A stretch of DNA of 64,000 bases from Parcubacteria group bacterium (GTDB lineage Bacteria > Patescibacteriota > Patescibacteriia > UBA9934 > GWF2-40-263): contig JABMNZ010000008.1 in the NCBI GenBank assembly GCA_013204395.1, positions 15,014-79,013 of the forward strand, read 5' to 3'. The notes beneath the pieces are model-generated. The model made no database searches, was not told the DNA's origin, and saw only the letters and a program-made list of their open reading frames with translations. The translations under genes were made by a program, and so were the position numbers. Within the stretch, counting starts at the first letter, position 1. Each line of letters begins with the position of its first letter. Of the stretch, positions 59,156-64,000 are shown piece by piece.

Positions 59156-59724
59156 TTATGCCATCACCAAACGATATTAAGAAAGGAACAATTATCAATC
59201 GCAATGGAGATTTGTTGTTGGTCGTAGATTTTCAAAGAGTTTCACCTGGTAAAGGTGGTTCCTTCGTGCGAACAAAAACAAAAAATTTAAGAACGGGGAA
59301 GGTGCTTGAAGAAAATTTGAAAGCAGCTGAACCCATGGTGTTTGAGGATGTTCAGTATAAAAAGATGCAGTATCTTTTTAACGACGGAAACCTGTATACG
59401 TTTATGGATAACCAGACGTTTGAACAGGTCTCCATTTCAAAAGACGAGATGGAAAGTGAGATTCCTTATCTGAAGGAGGGATTAGAGATTACTGTGGTTA
59501 TGCATAATGAAGCTGCTGTTACAGTGTCTCTTCCACAGAAGATTGAATATACCGTTGTTTATACAGAGCCTGCTGTAAAAGGAGATACTGCCTCAGGAAA
59601 TGTCCTGAAGGAAGCTGAGATGGATAATGGGCTTATTGCAAAAGTGCCAGCGTTTATTCATCAGGGAGATGTGGTAGTGATTAATACAGATACAGGTGCC
59701 TATTCAGAACGCATAAGTAAATAG
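59149..59724 (+). CDS. efp: Elongation factor P
   Basis: SPGKGGSFVRTKTKNLRTGKV (contains the conserved modified-lysine loop KGG) and three OB/KOW-like domains. A terminator ccccgc-gtt-gcgggg + T-run lies at 59736-59760. Confidence 0.9.
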   Translation: MLVMPSPNDIKKGTIINRNGDLLLVVDFQRVSPGKGGSFVRTKTKNLRTGKVLEENLKAAEPMVFEDVQYKKMQYLFNDGNLYTFMDNQTFEQVSISKDEMESEIPYLKEGLEITVVMHNEAAVTVSLPQKIEYTVVYTEPAVKGDTASGNVLKEAEMDNGLIAKVPAFIHQGDVVVINTDTGAYSERISK

Positions 59725-59770
59725 ATAAAAGAAAAGGCCCCGCGTTGCGGGGTCGTTTTTGTTTCCAGAT

Positions 59771-60439
59771 CTACCGTGGTTGGCGGATCGGGATGAATCC
59801 TCGGTGTTGTTGGTGCCAATGCTGTGGCGCTGTGCTGAGGATTCTTCTCTCGATGAGCCGTGGGGATCGTTGTGGGAAAAAGATCTTCTTGGCCGCGCGG
59901 GCCTGTTCGATCAGTTCCCTTACTCGCGTCTGTTGCCGCCTCTGTTCCTTGTGTAGTGCATGTAGGACGCGGTCGCCTACAAGTTCCATCAGGCTGAATC
60001 TCTGTGTGGGAGGGTTGCGACGAGATCTGCCGATGTTGATGCGAACACCGAAAAGGCGATGCCGTCCGAAGTTTCGAAAACGACGAACAATGTCCTTGAT
60101 GGCCCAGGCAACCCGCACGGCGATTCGTGAAATCGACTGATGACGAGAAGCAATAATCTCGATGTAAACACGAACACCTCGCCTTGTGGTGCTCAGCGCG
60201 GCTACAGCGAAGTCAGTCATCTTGCGACGGTTGTCCCTGCGAAGGGTCAACTGCATCTCGAAAGTGGGTTCATGTCTTGCGTGTGGTGGTGGGAGGATCC
60301 TGAGATCCACTCTCTGGGAGATGTTTCCCTTTGTTCCACGAGTGAGTTCATGTGGGACTGCCATTCGTGACAGTTCTTCACTGAGCTCAAGCTCCAACTC
60401 AAGTCCAGCTTTAAATCCACCGTGACGTCGATTGCCCAT
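59771..60439 (-). CDS. Hypothetical Arg-rich basic protein (GC-rich insert between efp and recA). It is not RecX-like by eye
   Basis: 222-aa open frame, unlikely by chance. No Cys, and no HUH or DDE motifs. Composition differs from both neighbours. Confidence 0.4.
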   Translation of the reverse strand: MGNRRHGGFKAGLELELELSEELSRMAVPHELTRGTKGNISQRVDLRILPPPHARHEPTFEMQLTLRRDNRRKMTDFAVAALSTTRRGVRVYIEIIASRHQSISRIAVRVAWAIKDIVRRFRNFGRHRLFGVRINIGRSRRNPPTQRFSLMELVGDRVLHALHKEQRRQQTRVRELIEQARAAKKIFFPQRSPRLIERRILSTAPQHWHQQHRGFIPIRQPR

Positions 60440-60495
60440 GCATTCTCTCCCCAGCGTTGATCGCTGAATTAATCGTAACGGTTGAGAGAGTATCT

Positions 60496-60532
60496 GACAA
60501 GAAAGCAGGGCCTATGGCCCTGCTTTCTTGTC
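60496..60532 (-). terminator. Perfect 17-bp hairpin overlapping the recA stop codon
   Basis: gacaagaaagcagggcc-tat-ggccctgctttcttgtc. No clear T-run follows on the recA strand. Confidence 0.45.
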
Positions 60533-61559
60533 ATCGTGCTAGTTCACCTGCTTCTATGGCTGTTTCTATATCTTCACGCAACTTTTTTGTGACCTTTGGG
60601 TTTTCTTTGAGGAACAATTTTGCACTTTCTCGTCCGAGCCCCAATTTTTCTTCCCCGTAGTAATAGTTGTTTCCTTTTTTCTCCAGAACACCATAGGGGA
60701 CACCTAGCTCTAGAAGATCTCCCGTGATAGAAATTCCCTCGTTGTACATGATGTCGAACTCACAGGTACGGAATGGGGGAGCGACTTTATTTTTAACAAT
60801 CTTTACCTTAGTACGGTTTCCTATAATTTTTTCGGCTTGTTTGATCTGTGCACTGCGTCGGATTTCAATTCGCACAGAAGAGTAGAACTTGAGAGCCTTA
60901 CCTCCCGTGGTGGTCTCTGGGTTTCCAAACACGACACCGATCTTCATGCGGATCTGGTTGATGAAGATGACGGTGGTGTTTGATTTGCTGACAATGGCTG
61001 CCAGCTTGCGGAGAGCCTGGGACATGAGACGAGCATGAAGACCCATATGAGAGTCACCCATGTCGCCTTCAATTTCTGCTCTAGGTGTAAGGGCAGCGAC
61101 CGAATCGATCACGATGACATCCACGGCGCTTGAGCGGACGAGTGTTTCTACAATCTCAAGGGCCTGTTCTCCTGTGTCAGGTTGTGAGATGAAAAGCTCG
61201 TCGATGTTTACGCCGATCTTTTGTGCATATTCTGGATCCAGAGCGTGCTCAGCATCTACGAAGGCAGCAAGGCCGCCATTTTTTTGAACTTCAGCAACGA
61301 TGTGTTGAGCGAGCGTTGTTTTTCCAGAAGACTCTGGGCCATAGATCTCGATGATACGTCCTCTTGGGACACCTCCGACTCCAAGGGCAAGATCTAGTGA
61401 TAAACACCCCGTGGATATGGACTCCACTTTCATGGTTTGAGCCTCTCCAAGACGCATGATGGCTCCGTCGCCAAAACGCTGTTTAATTTGAGCAATAGCA
61501 TCAAGTGCAGCCTTTGAACGTGCGTCCGTGTCTAGTGCTTTCGTGATTTGTTTAGCCAT
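60531..61559 (-). CDS. recA: Recombinase A
   Basis: 342 aa. [20 protein letters not shown] (Walker A), the L1/L2 loops and overall identity to RecA are unmistakable. Confidence 0.97.
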   Translation of the reverse strand: MAKQITKALDTDARSKAALDAIAQIKQRFGDGAIMRLGEAQTMKVESISTGCLSLDLALGVGGVPRGRIIEIYGPESSGKTTLAQHIVAEVQKNGGLAAFVDAEHALDPEYAQKIGVNIDELFISQPDTGEQALEIVETLVRSSAVDVIVIDSVAALTPRAEIEGDMGDSHMGLHARLMSQALRKLAAIVSKSNTTVIFINQIRMKIGVVFGNPETTTGGKALKFYSSVRIEIRRSAQIKQAEKIIGNRTKVKIVKNKVAPPFRTCEFDIMYNEGISITGDLLELGVPYGVLEKKGNNYYYGEEKLGLGRESAKLFLKENPKVTKKLREDIETAIEAGELAR

Positions 61560-61625
61560 ATAATAGAATTTCAGGGAATCAATTGTGGGTAGCTTAACAG
61601 GGTAGGTAAAAGATACAAGAGGGTA

Positions 61626-61838
61626 TTATTCTGCGTCATCAAGCATGGACCATGGCTTATTATCCATAAGCTTTTTCTGGGCCTCCCAAGGGGTAAACAC
61701 CCCAATGGGACTGTTATGCTTCATGATCACGTACCGTTTGTTACTGGTTGGTTTTGTGATAAGAGCGAAGTTTCTTAAAAAATCTCGCACTGAAATGGGC
61801 TCGGTTTTTATTTTGCTAGCCATAGGGGTAGGGATCAT
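61626..61838 (-). CDS. Phd/YefM-like antitoxin-fold protein, with no adjacent toxin
   Basis: ISVRDFLRNFALITKPTSNKRYVIMKHNSPIGVFTPWEA fits the Phd/YefM N-terminal pattern. Length 70 aa. Confidence 0.4.
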   Translation of the reverse strand: MIPTPMASKIKTEPISVRDFLRNFALITKPTSNKRYVIMKHNSPIGVFTPWEAQKKLMDNKPWSMLDDAE

Positions 61839-61863
61839 GACTTACCTGTCTATTAAATCAGCT

Positions 61864-61894
61864 TGTCAGACTTTTGTCAAACAATTGTCTGACA
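61864..61894. promoter_or_regulatory. Inverted repeat tgtcagac-N15-gtctgaca upstream of the Phd-like gene (candidate operator)
   Basis: Read directly. It lies 26-56 nt upstream of the start at 61838. Confidence 0.35.
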
Positions 61895-62116
61895 ATATAA
61901 AAACAAAAAAACCGTGTTAACGGTTTATCTCCATAAGTGTTGAGGAAGCCTGTCTTGGTAAGGTCTGTACTCCTCACTTTGATTTGTTCCTCATCACTTA
62001 TGGGGCCCCGAGCAATAGCTAACGAAACCCCGTATCCCGCTAGGCGGAACGGCTCTCGAGCTTGTTGCTCGGGTTGTGCCTGTCATGACCCAGGGGTCAA
62101 CGACAGGTCGTTGTTC

Positions 62117-62791
62117 TTAGGAAGTCTCGCTCACTTCCACTTGCGGGCAGGACTCATGGCCCAGAGCACGCATGTCAGCTCCGGCGCGTAGCCACAGCTG
62201 GTCTAGGACTTGCTGCGGAGTGATGCCGTGGGTGTCGAACGCGACGACAAAGGGGTCGCCATCAAGTTCGTTACTTACCCTGTAACCCACGGGGCAGCGC
62301 CAGGAAGTGCCGTTTATGCCAGCACCGAGCATCCTATTAATCTGCAGTGAAGCGATCAGGAGCCTTCGGATTGCTTCAGTGGCTTCCTGCCAGAATTGAA
62401 GTATGGTCGGCATCCAGAGCTCTGGATCCAGAATGGTCCCTTGTAGGTTTGCATCGGTCAAGATGGCCCCGTGCAGACGTGAGAAGGTCAAGGTGGCCCC
62501 GGTCAAGTTGGCCCCGGTCAGGTCAGCTCCTACCAGGTCAGCCTCATCAAGGCTGGCATTGACCATGACCGCAGCAGCGAAACTTGCCCTGCGAGCATGG
62601 ACCTTCTTCATGTTGGCCCCGGTCAGGTCAGCATACGTGAGGTCCGCGCCAGTCATGAAGATTCTTTGCAAGTCAGAATCACGGAGATCCAGCTGACTTC
62701 CTTTTACCTTTCGACGCTCAGCGATCGCCTCACGGCCAAGCTTGGCAGCGGCGTAGTCTTCTCTGTCGGCCACGTTGGCCTCCGGTTTCAC
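62117..62791 (-). CDS. Pentapeptide-repeat protein with a conserved C-terminal domain ending LGHESCPQV (GC-rich)
   Basis: Tandem A(D/N)LxG pentapeptides (ADLTYADLTGANM...GADLTGANLTGATL). Confidence 0.7.
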   Translation of the reverse strand: MKPEANVADREDYAAAKLGREAIAERRKVKGSQLDLRDSDLQRIFMTGADLTYADLTGANMKKVHARRASFAAAVMVNASLDEADLVGADLTGANLTGATLTFSRLHGAILTDANLQGTILDPELWMPTILQFWQEATEAIRRLLIASLQINRMLGAGINGTSWRCPVGYRVSNELDGDPFVVAFDTHGITPQQVLDQLWLRAGADMRALGHESCPQVEVSETS

Positions 62792-62847
62792 CGAGGGGAT
62801 TCATCGGTGGTTGATTGGAGAGACTCCATCGCTCAGCTCGAGAAAAT

Positions 62848-62925
62848 CGAGGGGAATGATGGAGTCCCGAGTGCAAGCGAACGGGAATCCACGTCTTGGA
62901 TCCGTGCGCTTGGCTCGGGCGTTCG
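62848..62925. repeat. About 75-bp upstream element duplicated at 63733-63807, with a shorter third trace at about 61960
   Basis: gatggagtcccgag[tc]gcaagcga...gcgcttggctcgggcgttcgt is shared. ggtctgtactcct is found at 61965 and 63706. Confidence 0.45.
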
Positions 62926-62927
62926 TT

Positions 62928-63596
62928 CTAGATCTGCGGACAGCTCTCGTGGCCCAGCTCGCGCAGGTCCGACTCGCGTCGGGCCCAGAGCTCGTTGAGC
63001 ACCTGCTGGGCGGTCACGGCGTGGCCGTACCAGGCGTGCGTGAAGCCGGTGAAGCTGGCCTGCCCCTGCGGGAAGTCGTTGCCCATGACTCCGTCGGGAG
63101 ACTGGCTCAGGTTCTTCCAGCTGGGGTTGCTGATGTGCCTGGGGTCGTCCAGGAGGTCGATGACCTCTTCGCGCAGCTCACGATCCGCAGCATCCCACTG
63201 GGTGCCGAGAATCTCGAACCACACGTTGGGATCCAGGAAGGTTCCCTCCAGGTCGGCCTCCTCCATGGTGGCGCCGTTGAAAAACGCACCCTTGAGAATC
63301 GCCTCCGTGAGGTCAGCGTAGCTCAGGTCCGAGTTGCTGAAGGCCACGCCCGAGAGGTCAGCCCCCGAGAAGTTGGTCCACACGCACTTGGTCCTCCAGA
63401 GGCTCGCACCGCTCAGGTCCGAGCCCGAGAGGTTGGCACCGGAGAGGTCGGCTCCGCCCCACTCCATGAACATGAGGTTCATGCCCGAGAGGTTGGCAGC
63501 GGTCAGGTCCAGCTTGCCGCCGGGGTTCGCCGTGTTCCAGGCGTCGACAGCAGCTTTCCCTTCGAGAACGAGAGCGATGTGCTTGGGGTTGGCCAT
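62928..63596 (-). CDS. Pentapeptide-repeat protein, paralog of 62117..62791 (C-terminus LGHESCPQI)
   Basis: ANLSGMNL...ADLSGANLSGSDLSGASL. Same domain order and similar length to its neighbour. Confidence 0.7.
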   Translation of the reverse strand: MANPKHIALVLEGKAAVDAWNTANPGGKLDLTAANLSGMNLMFMEWGGADLSGANLSGSDLSGASLWRTKCVWTNFSGADLSGVAFSNSDLSYADLTEAILKGAFFNGATMEEADLEGTFLDPNVWFEILGTQWDAADRELREEVIDLLDDPRHISNPSWKNLSQSPDGVMGNDFPQGQASFTGFTHAWYGHAVTAQQVLNELWARRESDLRELGHESCPQI

Positions 63597-63803
63597 GAAG
63601 GCTCCTTTTCTTCAACTTAACCCAGTTAACGGGACGAGAAGATCTCGTATGTTCGGTGAATATGAATTGCGTTCTGAAACTCCACCCCTAACGAGACGCA
63701 ACCAGGTCTGTACTCCTGATGGTCTCGTCATAGATGGAGTCCCGAGCGCAAGCGATCAGGACCCCGTCATGGGTCTCAAGCGCTTGGCTCGGGCGTTCGT
63801 GTG

Positions 63804-64000
63804 CTAGTCCAGGTCCTGGTCGAACTCTTCGAACCAGGCCGGCTCGTCATCGTCAAACCCACCTTCCAGATCGAGACGTCGATCTGCCCAGTAGTCGAAC
63901 CAGACTTCAGCCTGCACCATCACCGCATCGTCATCGTCACCGACGTCTTCTTCGTCGGAAAACAGCAGGAGGTGGGGAGGCAGTTCCTGCTCGGCATGGA
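63804..64000 (-). CDS. Partial CDS (C-terminal 65 aa only) of an acidic protein; the rest lies beyond the window end
   Basis: The minus-strand frame is open from the window edge to TAG at 63804-63806 and reads ...SDEEDVGDDDDAVMVQAEVWFDYWADRRLDLEGGFDDDEPAWFEEFDQDLD*. Confidence 0.3.
   Translation of the reverse strand, partial: HAEQELPPHLLLFSDEEDVGDDDDAVMVQAEVWFDYWADRRLDLEGGFDDDEPAWFEEFDQDLD

Noticed and set aside
59771-60439. RecX or IS200/IS605 TnpA assignment for the Arg-rich ORF downstream of recA
   Set aside because: It has no HxH/HUH or catalytic Tyr motif pattern and no RecX-like helical repeat signature. Composition suggests a foreign insert.

Overview
The backbone of this 64 kb window is low-GC bacterial DNA (about 35-47 % GC in lines I counted by hand) carrying housekeeping genes. 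These are, in order: a truncated H+-pyrophosphatase, rnhB, a LysM/M23 peptidase, uppS, comM/yifB, lspA, a DksA/TraR-like zinc finger, pnp, a NYN-domain gene, rpsO, an MFS transporter, a DsbA-like oxidoreductase, a XerC/D recombinase, polA, holA, rpsT, rmuC, ychF, rpsF-ssb-rpsR, epmA-efp and recA. There are four tRNAs: Arg-TCT, His-GTG, Arg-CCT and Ala-GGC. I found no CRISPR array, rRNA, transposase or recognisable defence enzyme.

At least six clearly GC-richer blocks (about 60-65 % GC where counted) are embedded in this backbone. They lie at about 4.2-4.8 kb, 17.0-17.7 kb, 19.9-25.0 kb, 47.8-54.5 kb, 59.8-60.4 kb and 62.1-64.0 kb. They carry lipoprotein, secreted, Cys-rich or Arg-rich hypothetical genes, one GNAT acetyltransferase and two paralogous pentapeptide-repeat genes.

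The most striking native locus is a four-gene + strand cell-surface operon at 31.3-44.4 kb, expressed from a near-consensus sigma70 promoter. It encodes a WxL-like secreted protein, a DUF916/DUF3324-like surface protein, an 1161-aa polytopic protein with three FN3-like domains and three CarboxypepD_reg-like domains, and a 2613-aa giant repetitive protein. It is followed by an unusual roughly 200-nt nested inverted-repeat element. This is my best candidate for an undescribed surface-attachment system.

Other points worth a second look are several extended -10 promoters sitting 8-10 nt upstream of ATG (suggesting leaderless transcripts), a degenerate copy of the tRNA-His 3' end about 190 bp downstream of that tRNA, and a structured non-coding region of about 450 nt at 7.3-7.7 kb. 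Coordinates come from the supplied ORF track where a gene is listed there. Starts I moved and all non-ORF features were counted by hand and may be off by a few nt. Function calls rest on motif-level reading of the translations only. No database search was possible.
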